A stretch of 64,000 nucleotides of DNA from Lama glama. Taxonomy: Eukaryota. Shown piece after piece: positions 24,911 to 37,650 of this stretch. The notes below the pieces were generated by a model. It was not told the origin of the DNA. It was given only the letters and a program-made list of their open reading frames with translations, and did not search any database. The stretch is taken from assembly GCA_028534125.1 (NCBI GenBank), contig CM052817.1, positions 29,762,001-29,826,000 of the forward strand. Direction: 5' to 3'. The position numbers were made by a program, and so were the translations under genes. Numbering within the stretch: position 1 is the stretch's first letter; each line of letters opens with the position of its first letter.

Positions 24911-26999
24911 GCTATCTTTGCTATTATCAATCCATCACTGTTTAAATCTGGGGTTAAACATCTCATCATTCTTGATTTTTGTGATTTTCAGAATCTTCAT
25001 GCTAATTATGCCAGACATGTCCTGTTCTGGTTGTTTTCTCTGGGCTTTGCTATGAAGATTTGGTGTGAATAACTCATGCATGTGGTACTGAATTGAGATT
25101 TATGACACACTGAACCTTGTCAACCTCATTTGAATCTTACCAGTTCTTCTGTCTTTAAATATTGATACTTAAAATGGGTGGCTGACTAGTCAAAATTATC
25201 TGTATTTTATTTTTCTTGTAACTGGTTACAAATGAACTATGCAGCCTTAAAGATAATAATGCCAGCTTAACATCTCTTTCTGTGATGATTCTCTTCATTC
25301 CTCTTCAGTGTGGTGAGGAATACTAAAAAGCTTTTCTCTGATAACTTCTCCCAGTTCTTTAGTCTCTCTTTACCAATCTGTAATTTATTCAGCTATTCTG
25401 CTTTATTCTATTCAAAGCATTCTATAGCATTAACTTGGGGTAGTGGGACAGAGGCACCGCAAATGGTTCCATAATACCCACAAACACATCGAGCCTTGAC
25501 ATTTACTCTTCTCTGAACACAACATTCACTTTTCCATGTTGTTCTTTCAGAATGTTCTGACTCTTCACACATCCCTTGATGACATTTTTTCCCAACAAAC
25601 GCTATCCATTTTGTAAGATTACATGTTGTTTCAACTTGTCTAATGAAGCTTTTCTATTTCTCTTAGCATTTTTTGCCTTTTTAAAATTCCTGTTTCAGTC
25701 TTTGGTCCATAACCTTATTTTAACACATAAATATTTTGTATAATTACAATTATAACTAGATATGTTTTAACAACTGTCCAGTCTCACCCAGGTACACTCG
25801 TTGGGTTACACAGATGTTCTTATCCTCCACTCGCTCTGTGAGTGTCAGAGAATTCTGTAGTAGTTTACTAGTTTTCTGGAAGTTTGGTTGGAAAGATTGA
25901 CTGAATGGAAGAGTTCAACTAGACTGGCATTACTTTCAGAGTTGCTTTTTTTGCTCATTCTATAGAGTAAGAGTTGCCTTACCTTATGTACAAGCGCAGT
26001 GTTCATGTAAATGGTGTATGGATGTTAATGCAACTTCAACAAGACTTCTTGACTCTGGTCCCAGACAGCTTAGTCATCTGTTCCCTCAAGACTCTGTACC
26101 TCCAGTCTCTCCAGTTCACTTCTTGAGTTTTGTCCCATTTTGCCCCCTGTCTTTCAGCCCAGATGATGCATATTTATTTTCTAGGAAGTCTAGAACTGTA
26201 TGCATTCTTGTCATAGCCCTGATTCACTTGGACATTCCTTTACTGTCCTGAAGAGCTCATACTGGAAGTAAAATACAAACAAATTAAAACTGAATATTGC
26301 CCTTGTCCTTTTTAGGATCCCCTATCTAAATCTTAATTTTCCTCAAGGAATAATGGATAACTGTGAATAACTGGAGAACAGCCAAATGGCTGAAAAATGA
26401 GGAAGAAAAGTTCAATGATTAATATGACAAAGTATTACCTGCTATACAGTGTTTTATGTATCTACCATCATGCCTGCACTGTGAACCTTCCACGTCAGAA
26501 GCCGTGTCATATTCATGCAGCACAATGCCTGGACGGCTCAGCGAAGACAAAACGATACCTGCATTCAATGAATAAAGTTAATCTGTGTTTCTCTAATTTT
26601 ATACTTAAGTATGTATCCTTTTCAATTTGAACTTTAAAACATTTTTTAAAACTTTTAGAAATAAATAGAGCCCAGCTGTGTATGTAATAGCTTACCTTGT
26701 ATCCTTATGACTCAAGGACAGGGACATCTTCATCAAACTCTATAATAAATAAAGCTTGGTAGAAAAGCCATTGTGTGCTCTCCTCTCCTGCATTTGCAAG
26801 CAGCCAAAAGCTTTAATTAGTCGAACATTTGGCAGCTGTTCTTTTCCATGTTGCTCTTCTTGGTGAAGTCTGATTGTCCTGTCCTCTCGTGCTTAGCTGA
26901 CAGTGACATGGTCATTGTGTCACTGAGTGCACACAGAGCTTCCACTTCTCCCACTGGAGACTTCTGCTCATAATTTACTCATCATTTGTCTTCCTTCAT

Positions 27000-27090
27000 A
27001 TTCTTTCTCTCTCTGTCTCTGTCTCTCGGTCTCTCTCTCTTCAAACACACATGTCCTGTTAGTTCTGTTTCTATAGAGAACTCTAATACA
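27000..27090 (+). mobile_element. MLT2 (ERVL) LTR 3' end with (TC)n
   Basis: cctgttagttctgtttctatagagaactctaataca matches the MLT2 terminus. Confidence 0.6.
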
Positions 27091-27299
27091 GGAATAAAAT
27101 AATCATTATAACGTAGAGAAACAACTGTGCTTTATCAGTATTATATATTTTGACTGATCTCTCAGCATATCTGAAATCATAGAATCTTGGAATGGGAGAG
27201 AAACTTTGAGCTAATTTGGCCAAAATCTCCACCTACATGTTGTTATAAAGTATAATAACAGAACCCAAATTATTCACATGTCTAATCTTCCAAAATCCA

Positions 27300-27440
27300 A
27301 TATAATATTATCTAATTTTATATATAAGAGTATGAGGCTCAGAGAAGTAAATGACTTCTCCAGGACGACCTGGGTGGTAGTCACTGAGCCTCTGAATTCA
27401 ATACCATTTGAATTCAAAGTTCATTGCATTTCTATTAGGT
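27300..27440 (-). mobile_element. MIR SINE fragment
   Basis: tgaggctcagagaagtaaatgacttctccagg. Confidence 0.7.
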
Positions 27441-27887
27441 TAGACGGGTTTTCTTTAATGCTGCTTGTAAATACTTAGACATTTTTGGTAATGCAAAGGC
27501 CATTAACTGGAAACTGTATATATTTTAACATCTCTGTTAGGAAGGGCTTCCATGTTTTGAATGGGATCTTACCATGTGTCTTGCCTTCTAGACCTATGTT
27601 TTCAAACATTTGAAGCTAGCTATTTGACCCAAAATGTTTTCTCTCTCTCTTTCTCTCCCTCTCTCTCTCTCTTTTAAATGTTTGCCATGGGAATTATTCC
27701 TTCTCTCATTATTGTTTCTTACTGATGTTCTCTAGCTAAGCTGTTCATTGGTCTGTGGCTTCTTGTTTCTAAGACCAGTGTTAAGAGGGATCATTTTGCA
27801 GCAGCTTTGTACTGACTGAGGAAAGCTACTTAGGGGTTTCTAGTGCTTAGCTTGAAGAAAATGAAGAACAAGCTCAAGTCACCATCA

Positions 27888-28020
27888 GATGTTCCAGGAC
27901 AGGTAGTTTTTGGAGACCAGTTCTACCAAATGGTCAGGGCAAACTCATCACCATCTTATATCAACTCTTCCAAACATATGAAAAGACGTGCAATTGTTCA
28001 ACTCATTCTCCCAGGCTAAC
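27888..28020 (+). mobile_element. L1 ORF2 fragment (pre-RT Z-domain region)
   Basis: ccaggacaggtagttttt...agttctaccaaa...aactcttccaaa...aactcattct corresponds to PGPDGFTGEFYQ...KLFQ...NSFY. Confidence 0.6.
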
Positions 28021-28028
28021 TATCTTTC

Positions 28029-28137
28029 AAAAAATATATGTGTATATATATACATGACTGGGGCATTATGCTGCACATCAAAAATTGACATATTGTAACT
28101 GACTATACGTCAATAAAAATAATAAATTAAAAAAAAG
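28029..28137 (+). mobile_element. lineage-specific L1 3' terminus (camelid-like) with A-rich tail
   Basis: catgactggggcattatgctgcacatcaaaaattgacatattgtaactgactatacgtcaataaaa; same family as 24466-24590. Confidence 0.75.
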
Positions 28138-28616
28138 AGAATGAAGAACAATACATTTGATCATTGCCTTTCAAAAAAAAAAGGTACAGGGGAAATGTAT
28201 TGCATTCAGGTTTTTCTGTTTCATTAAAAAAGGAGAGTCTAATGACTAGGGGAAGACTATGAGAATTTAACATGTATGACTACATTATAACAATAATTTA
28301 AAAAGAATAAAATAAAAAATAAAGTCATAAAATGTACTTATTATTTTCCATTCAAGGCAAAATTTCACTTTAATTTCTTGCGTAGAAAGAAAAGGAATAT
28401 AAAATGTATTTTATAGTCCTTTTTTTCTTATAATCAATTTTATTGAGATAAATATAAGTTAAGATAAATAAGTTATATAACTTTTGCTGGAAAGTTTGTC
28501 AAATGTATACACTGGTATCATGATTACCTCAGTCGAGATAAAAACAGTTACCTCATGACTCTCTGCAGACAGTCTTACTCAGCCCTCTGCTCTTAGTAAC
28601 TATTAATCTGATTTCT

Positions 28617-28706
28617 ATCATTATAGATTAAGCAGTTCTAAATATTCATATAAACGGAACCATCATTATAGATTAAGCAGTTCTAAATATTCATATAAAC
28701 GGAACC
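28617..28706. repeat. perfect 45-bp tandem duplication
   Basis: atcattatagattaagcagttctaaatattcatataaacggaacc occurs at 28617-28661 and 28662-28706. Confidence 0.97.
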
Positions 28707-29217
28707 ATTGGATTTCCATATGAATTTTCAGTAGCAATCTAACAGTTTATCCTAAAATATCTTTTCAGTCTGTCTCCTTTCAATCAGCATAATGAAGGTG
28801 AGATTCATTCTTGTGCACATTCTTTCTCATTACTGAGCAGTATTCTTTTGTGTTAATTAGCCATATTTTTTATTCACACAATAAATGAAATTTGAATTGT
28901 TTCCAGCTTTAGAATATTGTGAATAAAATTGTTATAAATATTCAGGTACTAGAGTTTTTGTAGACATATGTTTATAAGTCTCTTAAGTATATACTTGGCA
29001 GTGAAGTGGCTGGGTTTATATGATTACTGCTTGATTAACTTTATAATAAACTTTCAAACTCGGTTTCAAAGTAGTTGTATCATTTCACACCCCCATCAGC
29101 AATATAGGACAGACCAAATTGTTCCATTTCCTTGCCAATTATTTTTGTTTTAGCAATTTTAATCTGTGTGAAACGGATTGCATTGTGTTTTAACTTCATT
29201 TTTCTTATCTCTAATGG

Positions 29218-29530
29218 TTTTTAAAACCATTTTATTAAGGTATGATTGACATTCAAAAAGCTGTGTATATTTAATGTACACAACTTGATGAATTTGGAGA
29301 TAGGTATACATCTGTAAAACTATTACCACAACCTATGCCATAAACATATTCATCATCTCTTATCTTCTTTATTATTATCAATATTAATATTATTATTAAC
29401 AATAGGAACACTTAAGTTCTACCCTCCTAGCAAAATTTTAAGTGTACAGTACATTATTACTAACTACATGACATAAGGTGTAAAATAAACCTCTAGGACT
29501 TTTTAATCTTGCATAACTGAAACTTTGAAA
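29218..29530 (-). mobile_element. L1MA9/10-like 3' end nested in the older L1
   Basis: ttttattaaggtatgattgaca...tctaccctcctagcaaaatttt...tcttgcataactgaaactttg interrupts host text ctaatg...tgaacatcttttt. Confidence 0.7.
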
Positions 29531-31648
29531 CTTCTGAACATCTTTTTCATCTTATTGGCCATTGATTTATCTTCTTGTGTCAACTGTCTATAGAAGTCAT
29601 TAGTCTGGTATTTACTGGGTTGTTTGTCATTTTATTAATAATCTGTAGGAGTCTGTTGTATATTATAGACGTATGTCCTCTGTCTGGTACTTGCATTCTT
29701 AATATTTCCTCACTTGTACTTTACATTTATATTCTGTTGAAAAGAGAAAACATAATAATTTTTAGAAGTCTAATTCATCATTTAGTTTTGATAGTTTTTT
29801 TGTGATAAGAATTATTTTTCTACCCCAATTTTTAAAAATACTTTCTCATGTTTTTTTTCTAGAAGTATTTTGAATTTCATTTTTATATTTGGGTTTATTT
29901 ATGATCAATTTAGAGTCAATTTTTGAGTATGGTATGAAGTTGGGATTGAGATTCTTTTACCATTGTTATGGACATCTGATTCTTTTATAACTGTTTGTTG
30001 GAAGGAGTATCCTTTCTCCTCTGAACTTCCTTAGCAGCTTTTTGGAAAATCAATTCTCCATAGACCTGTGATTCTGTTTCAAGGCACACTATTCTGTTCC
30101 ATTGACCTTTATCTCCTTTTACCATTATATCACTGTCTTGATATCTGTAGCTTTATAGTTTTGAAATTAAGTTGTGTAAATCTTTTGACTTTGCTCTTTT
30201 CAAGATCATTTTGGCTCTTTCAGGTCCATTGGATTTTCATATGAATTTTCAGTAGCAATCTAACAATTTATCCTAAAATATCTTGCTATGTTTCTTTAGA
30301 ATTTATAGACTACTTTGTGGAGAATTTATATCCTAAAACTATTTAGTTTTCCAATTTATGAGCATAGTATAATAATATTCAGTATCTTAACCTTCATATG
30401 ATGCTAGCTGATACTTTAATAGATGTTCTATACAAACTTGAGAAGGTTACATTTTACTCTAATTTTCTCAGTGATGTTATCATGAATATTCAATTCATGT
30501 TGAATTATTTGTCATCCACTAAGATTATAATATGTTCTTATCTCTCTTGTTTTGTTAAAATGCTGAAATACATTGCTTAATTTTCAAAATTTTCACCAAC
30601 TATTTTTCCTGGGATGAAACTCAGTGGGTCATAATATCAGTTTCATGTGTTGTTGGACTTGAATAAAATTTTGTTGAGGATTCGGCATCTAAATTCTGTA
30701 GCTATATAGGTCTCTATTTAACTTTTGTAATACATGTATCAATCTTTTAGTATCAGACTTATGCTGACTTCACAATGAATTAGAGAATATCCCTCCTCTG
30801 TTTTATGAAAGAGTTTGAGTAAAAGTTTACCTAAATTTTTCCTAAATTTTCTTCAGTATTCATCAGTGAAAATATTTGTGCCGTATATTTTCCTCATACG
30901 GAGGTTTTATTTTCTCATTTAAATAAAAATTCTATTTCTTTAACATATATATATATCTATTCATTTTTAAAATTCATTTTTGGATCATGCTTGCTAAATG
31001 TGTTTTTTAAAAAGAGATGTGTCCATTTCAATTAAGTTGTTGAACATATTTTTATAAATTGTTCATTATAATCCCCTAATTTTCATAGCATCTATGGTGA
31101 TTATCACTATTCCATTCCTGACATTGATAATATGTGTTTTTTTTTCCCATCCACTTTTTTGATTATAATCTGTAAAGATGTATCAAATTTATTGATTTTT
31201 TTTCAGAAAAAAAACCAGCTTTGGACTGTAACATTTTTATAACTGTCTCTTTTTTTTTTATTATTTCATTGATTTCTGCCCCTCTCATTATTACATGTGG
31301 TCTGTAAATATCACATGTCAATCTGGTTGATAGTATTGATCAGATGTTCTACAGCCTTATTGGATTTTGTCTACTTGTTTTATTACTTACTTTGAAATGG
31401 ATGTTAAAATCTCTGACCATGAGTTTTTTCCTTTTTCCTTTTCTCTATTTTGAAGGTTTTCTCATTTATGTCTTCCTGATGGATAGATGCATTTTTCATT
31501 ATAACAAGGTTACTTTCTATTTCTCAAAATCGGCTTTGTATTACTTTACTGTAGCCACATAAACTTACACATCTTTTGTTCCACATTTTATATATCTTTA
31601 TATTTTTTAATGTAATCCTATTTTCACTTTTACAATTTTAAGTACAAA

Positions 31649-32098
31649 TGACAAACACTACCTTCTTGACCAGACGTTAGCCAGGGTCTTCTGGTCCCTC
31701 TTCTTGACTAGGCCTCAACTTTGGCAGCTTCCCTGCCCTTGACCTGCCCAGCCCAGTTTTAACAAAGAATGCTGCTAAGTCACTTTAACAAGAATCATCC
31801 CATCTTTGCTATTTGATTAATTTCCTCATCCTCACCACTGATGTCTAAGTCTTTGGCCTGCTTTTAGCAATAGTCCTGTGAAGACAGACTATCAAGAATC
31901 TTCCTACCCTTGATATATCTTCTTAGCAATTTTCCTCCTGCTGACTCCCTTGCTCTGCTAATTGGCTATAAATCCTCACCTATCTTTGCTGTATTCAGAG
32001 TTGAACTCAGTTCTATACTGAGTGTTTCTCCTGTATGCAACAGATCAAATAAAATGTGTTGTGCCATTTCTGGTATATATATTTTTTTCTCTTTTGTA
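31649..32098 (+). mobile_element. MER31A-like ERV1 solo LTR
   Basis: ccagttttaacaaagaatgctgctaagtca, ttggctataaatcc (TATA), aataaa; matches recalled MER31 consensus. Confidence 0.8.
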
Positions 32099-32317
32099 CC
32101 TCTCGTAGAAAACTTGTGGGGACTTGCTTTTAGGTGTAGTCTAATACTGTTGGCCTTCTAATTGGAGAATTTAGTCTATTTGTGATGTAAGTATTATGTC
32201 TTACCGTTGATTTTCCATTTGACTGTACTGCTTTTATTTCTCAATTGCAACTTTACTTCTTTTTAGTCATTTTTTTTCCTTCAATATTCTAGAGAATTCT
32301 TTATGTTGGACTTTTTA

Positions 32318-32390
32318 TATCTATCTTTCCTATCTATCTATCGATCGATTGATCTACCTATCTATCTATCTATCTAGTTATCTATCCATC
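32318..32390. repeat. (TCTA)n microsatellite, imperfect
   Basis: Directly visible. Confidence 0.9.
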
Positions 32391-32697
32391 CTTTTCCCTG
32401 ATCACTCCAGGGGTGATGCATTTTTAACTTACTAGAATCTGATGCAGAATTAATAGTGTACCATTTGATCCCACATCTCACTTCACTTCTGAAACTATAC
32501 ATCTTATTTACTACTACATACTAAAATGTTCACATTTGTATCACTTACAAGACTATATATTTCCATCTCCCTTCATACTCTTCTTGCTGTTACAGTCATA
32601 TAATTGTGCTCATTTTATAATGCCACTATTTGTATTTAAAGTTTAATTATCTTTAAGGAAAAATACATGAGGAAAAACACTGGTTTGATTTAAAAGT

Positions 32698-33212
32698 AAA
32701 TTCTTGTCATTAAGACTTCTAAAAAGAAATCCAGAAACCCTTTTTTTCCTGCAAAAAACAAAGTTCAGAAGTATTTCTTATGCATTTGCTTTAAGATCCA
32801 GTTCTTAACTTTGTAAACCGCAACTAAGAGACTTAGCGCTTCTGTGTTTTTTGTGTGTATTTAGTTTATTTTTATTTTAACTTGGTTAAGAGGACAGTGA
32901 AAATGATTTTCTGGTATTCTTATTCATTTGGTTATATTTGTATAAAATTCTAATTGCCAGTTGCTCAGATAACAAGTGACAAGGCAGAATTCTTTAAAGT
33001 ATTAAAGTTACTTAAACCTAAGGCTAAATCTTGAATACATTATTGAATTCTTTAATATTCTTACGGCTAGCAGATTGACAGCTGCACATTTGGCATGTTT
33101 TTAAATTTTTATTTTGCATTGCAGATTTATTTGGCAATGCGCAGTAAATTCTGTGAACTTGTATCAAGTTTGTGAATAAAGAACCACTTAAAAAACTTAA
33201 AAAAAAAAAAAA
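32698..33212 (+). pseudogene. 5'-truncated processed retrocopy of a cellular mRNA 3' UTR (parent unconfirmed)
   Basis: Non-repeat sequence of about 500 bp inside an L1; AATAAA 33175-33180, A14 at 33199-33212, TSD aaaagt (32692-32697 and 33209-33214) at a TT/AAAA site. Confidence 0.8.
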
Positions 33213-33777
33213 GTTTACCCACCTATGTACCTCTCCCAGTGCCTTTCTTTTCTTCCTTAAATCTGATATTTCATTTTATATCATTTCTTGTAATGAAGTT
33301 CTGCTGGTTACCAATTCTCTCAATTATCTGAAAATGTCTTTATTTTAAAATCATTTATAGGATATTTTTATTGGCTATAGACTTTTTTCCAGCACTTTGT
33401 CTTATCATGGTATTCTGGCCTCCACAGTTTCTGATGATAAACTTATGCATTGTCTTTTTAAACTCTGATTGGTTTCAATATTTTCTCTTTGTTATTGGTT
33501 TTAAGCAGTGTGAGAAGCATGTACCTATATGTAGCTCTTTTTATTTGTCTTCTGATGGGATTTGTAGAAGGTCTTGGATAATCAAATGTTCTTATACAGG
33601 TGAAGAATTCTTACTGTCTATAAGTGAGACTTCAAACTTTATTGTGCCACAATTATTTTGTTAAGGTCAAAAATTTCTATTCTTGTTTTCTAACACAAAT
33701 TGTCTATAACGTTAGTTATCACAGTGAATATTTTTACTATTTACAGTGCAATAATTTGAATCGTGTATTTGAGTTCA

Positions 33778-33992
33778 TTTTTATTTTTAATTGAAGTATA
33801 TAGTTCATCACAATGTCGTGTTAGTTTCTGGTATACAGCATAGTGATTCAGCTTTATATATATATATTTCTCTTTCATATTCTTTTTCATTATAGGTTAT
33901 TATAAGATATTGAATACAGTCCCCTGTGGTATACAGTGAGACCTTGTTATTTATCTGTTATGTATATAATAGTTTTTATCATCTAATCCCAA
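33778..33992 (-). mobile_element. artiodactyl-type L1 3' terminus
   Basis: ttaattgaagtata...caatgtcgtgttagtttctggtatacagcatagtgattcag...gatattgaatacagtcccctgtg. Confidence 0.8.
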
Positions 33993-34568
33993 AGTTAGCT
34001 TTAATCACATTATTGATTAAGCAAAAGAAAGATGAATAATCCCCAGGACTGGACTAAGACTTGCTCCCCCTAGGTGTTCCCAGAGCCTCCACACTTAAAC
34101 TGGTGACGGCATTTATGTGGAAATATATTCTTTATAGTTGCCTTGTTTCTGAATTCCATAGCAAAATAGTTACAATAAGAAGCTATGACTTTGTCTGTTA
34201 CTGTTTTCTCATTCTGTAGATTGGAAGGTACATGAGGCATTCAGTAACATATTGTTGAATGAATAAGTAAATGGATGAATAGGATGTTACAGTCCTCTAA
34301 CTCATAATTCTATAACTTAAGGCTATGCCACTACCAATGTGGGGAAATAAATTATAACCAGATATACAAACTCTATCTAAAGAAGTCCTTTATATTTCAC
34401 CTTTCTGTCAAGGGTATTATACCTTCCCATTGATGCTTGCCCCTTTTGTGGAATTTTTTTTTCATTTCTTGTTAAGCTTTGTGCATAAGAGATAAACTAG
34501 CATTGGATTGTTATTGCTATTAAAATAGAAAGTAAGTAGCCTTTTGTGATTGATCTCTGGGTCCATTC

Positions 34569-34606
34569 TCTAGATTCTGGGAAGGGGTAAGTTCCCAGAA
34601 TCTAGA
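34569..34606. promoter_or_regulatory. perfect 15-bp inverted repeat containing two STAT GAS motifs
   Basis: tctagattctgggaa-ggggtaag-ttcccagaatctaga; TTCTGGGAA at 34575-34583 and TTCCCAGAA at 34592-34600; the structure is certain, the function speculative. Confidence 0.35.
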
Positions 34607-37112
34607 CTCAACAGGTGTTTTGTAGGCAGGAGTGTCACTAAGCCCCCTTATTAGTACTCTGTGTGACTTTTTAAAGAATCATGAAAATCTTATTTTCATA
34701 CAAAGTAGTTTTGGGACTGTATCTTCAGGACATGTACCCTCGCCACATCCCCAACCACATTGCTGCTCTGAAGCCTTCCCCCATCCCCACCCAATAAAGT
34801 GATAAAGAAATTCTGGAGGAGCCTCTGGCAGAAAGCGAATTACTGCCTTCTCTGACCAAATTCCTAAGATATTACTAGAACTCCTTTCTCCACCCAAATC
34901 ATTTTCTGAACCACTGGGGAGACAGGATGGAAAATTTTAGTAAAATGTCAAATTTAGTAGCTCAAAATTTTGCCTAAACTTTCTGAAAATGAAATTGCAT
35001 TAAATTAATATACAATAAGATGATACTAAATAAGTGAGTTTTTCCTAAAGTGATATGCAATTAATGATCCATTTTGTTATGATACATTTGTGATGCATTT
35101 CTAATATTTTTATTAAAAGTAATTAGAGAAAATATTCTTTGTAGTAAAAGAATCAAGGTTTTAAGTATTTATGGAAAATACTCCAATGTTGAAAAATTAA
35201 ATTAAAAAGGTGAGTTAACTTGAAGGCAAATTCTAAAATTAGATTATCTCCTTTTAGATTTTATAGAAATAATTTTCAGAAAAGAAATTTGTTATATATG
35301 AGAGAATACAAAATATGTAATAATTTCTTTCATGAATTATAGTTATAGCTTCCAAAATAGGAAAACTGATATTACAATTTGAAATAAGTGAGTAAATCCT
35401 AAAATCCTTTGTTTCCTCTAATTAAGGACAGGTTGAATCTTAGAGATAAAACCTGCAGCACTATAGGCCAGAAGGATCAAGTCAAACTTTATTTGGGCAA
35501 ATATCAAAAATTCAAGTTAAACATACTTCTGAAAGCTCAGTTACATGAAGCTGAGACTTCTAGAAAGATATGCCTAAAAAATTTTTTGTTGCACATTTTC
35601 TTCCATTTAAAAAATATACCTTACTAAGCAAAGAATTTTCTATGTATCCTAGTATCCTAAAGTATATTCTACTTAGTTCATTTTTAAATGCCAAAGATAA
35701 AATATAACTTTGGGGAAATAAGTAAAAAAAAAACTTAGGAAACATTTTAAAGATATTGGTCTTCTATACAAAATACTTTTGAATAGCTCTATTAATAAAA
35801 AGATGTACTTTGCAAAGACTATGTTTTCCAGTGCAGAAGTCATAACTCAGAATGAAAATCTGGATATTGGGGGAAAATAATAATCAACCATTATCTCACA
35901 AAAGAAAATCACTGTTACTGTTTCAAATCTTTTTACTATGTGGTTATAATATATTCCTGTGGATATCATAAAATATTTTGTAGCTTTTCTTTTGGTTAAT
36001 ATTACAAGTAAGCTTTATATAATTTATAAACTATTTCCAAATATTATTTTAATAATATTTAGTATTTTAATGCACATATTTAGTGACTACATATAATCAC
36101 ACACGCACATACTTACTATCATTTTTCAATACCCACTGTTTATGTGTGAGAGGACAGAACATTCCTTTCTTCAGAAAAAAAACGAAAATTGGAATTCACA
36201 AAGGAAAAAAAAGACTTTACTTTGCACTGTGATGGGTAAGGACATCCTTTTGTGCAGAGAATAAAGATGGTATAAATTCGAGAGATTCTGAGAAAACCTC
36301 CTTTTCTAGGTGTCTAGAGCTAATCAGATCTGGAAACAAGCAGTATAGTGTCCTATCTGAAGCTGGTTACTGGGGCCTTTAGTCTCTTGTCTCCCACTAC
36401 ATATTATTCTAGGCACACAGTGTGCGCATTTTCCCCCTTCATGTATTGTTTGGATTTAATGCCAGGCTTTCCATGATCCTGGGAAATATTTCTATACAAA
36501 ATTGCTGGCCAATTTTACTTACCCTTCATGTTTTATATCTTATACTACAGGCTTTATTGATAATGCTAATTCTATCAGAATTTTAATATGTAGCTAATAA
36601 AAATGATGATGGTAAAAAACACTTTTAATGTACATAACTCTTTAACTCTCCAAGGTACATTAATATGTAATTTTCATTTACTTCAACGATGGATGCCAAG
36701 TCTCATTTATCTTTGTAATTGATTTAGTGGACAAGCACATTGACTGCCACACTGTAGACTTAAACAGTAAATGTTGGGAAAATATTACTCACAGAAATCC
36801 TGTAAGGTAGGGAGGACAAATGTCATTATGCTGATTAGACAAAAGAGGAAAGTTTTATCAGAGATACTGAACTGATTTATTCAAGACCACACTATTTATT
36901 AATGGCAAAGTTCAGACAAAAAATTACTAAATTTCTATTTTCTAGCCTGAGAGATGCTTACATATGCCATCCTTATTGATAGAACTTCACGTAAAATTAG
37001 TTACAAATAAAGTGTATGTTGTTATTCAACATTTCTTCTTTTTTAAGAGAATGTAATGTAATTTTGGTTCTAGTTCTATCAATATTAATACCAAATGGTT
37101 TCATTTATTTTC

Positions 37113-37650
37113 AGTGGTGAATGAAAGTAACTGGGATTTTAAATAGGAATGGTTAAGCTGACAGACAGAGGCAGCTGCATTGAAAGAAGTTTATTTCCTA
37201 CACTTCCCACCATGTAGAACTATGTGGGGAAGCTCTTGGACTGATCAGAAGGCAGAAGGAGCCAGGGAAAAGCCAGGACCAGATCCTTTACTGTGTTTTT
37301 CACTGGAAAGAATGGGCAAGTCAGGATAATCATGCTGGGTAAGGTTGTATGGGATACTTTGAATAATTTTAGTGGTTTTGGCCATAGAGGTGGTCTCTCC
37401 TTGTCTTTAGCTGACCCTGGGGTTATTTGGGGTGTGGGGAATATTGGCCTGTATGAGGTATTTGAAAAAGGCAGTGATGGGCCATCATGGGCTCTGGATT
37501 GGGTGATTTGCATATCATAGGCATGCTTCAAGCAAGTTGTAATTTCTTGGAATTATTTGCTCTGAGAGAAGCATAGTCTTCCTGGGTCTACAAGGCTCCA
37601 AAATATCAAAACATTATAGTAAACAGAAAAAAAAAATTAAATAAACAATG
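37113..37650 (-). mobile_element. MER54-like ERVL solo LTR
   Basis: gggctctggattgggtgatttgcatat...aaaatatcaaaacattatagtaaacagaaaa is the reverse complement of the MER54 5' region; octamer ATTTGCAT at 37506-37513. Confidence 0.75.

Larger units (their letters stand above)
28420..31330 (-). mobile_element. old L1 (L1MC/MD-type) 3' UTR and ORF2, decayed
   Basis: Antisense L1 motifs ttttattgagata, ttccagctttagaatattgtgaataaa, ctattctgttccattga, ttttgttgaggatt. Confidence 0.8.
32100..33600 (-). mobile_element. old L1ME-type fragment hosting (TCTA)n and the retrocopy
   Basis: ttttaggtgtagtctaatac...aattggagaatttagtctattt and tctgaaaatgtctttatttt...ttggctatag are antisense L1 motifs. Confidence 0.6.

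Noticed and set aside
28617..28706. Direct repeats as a CRISPR-like array
   Set aside because: Two adjacent copies with no spacer, inside a mammalian L1
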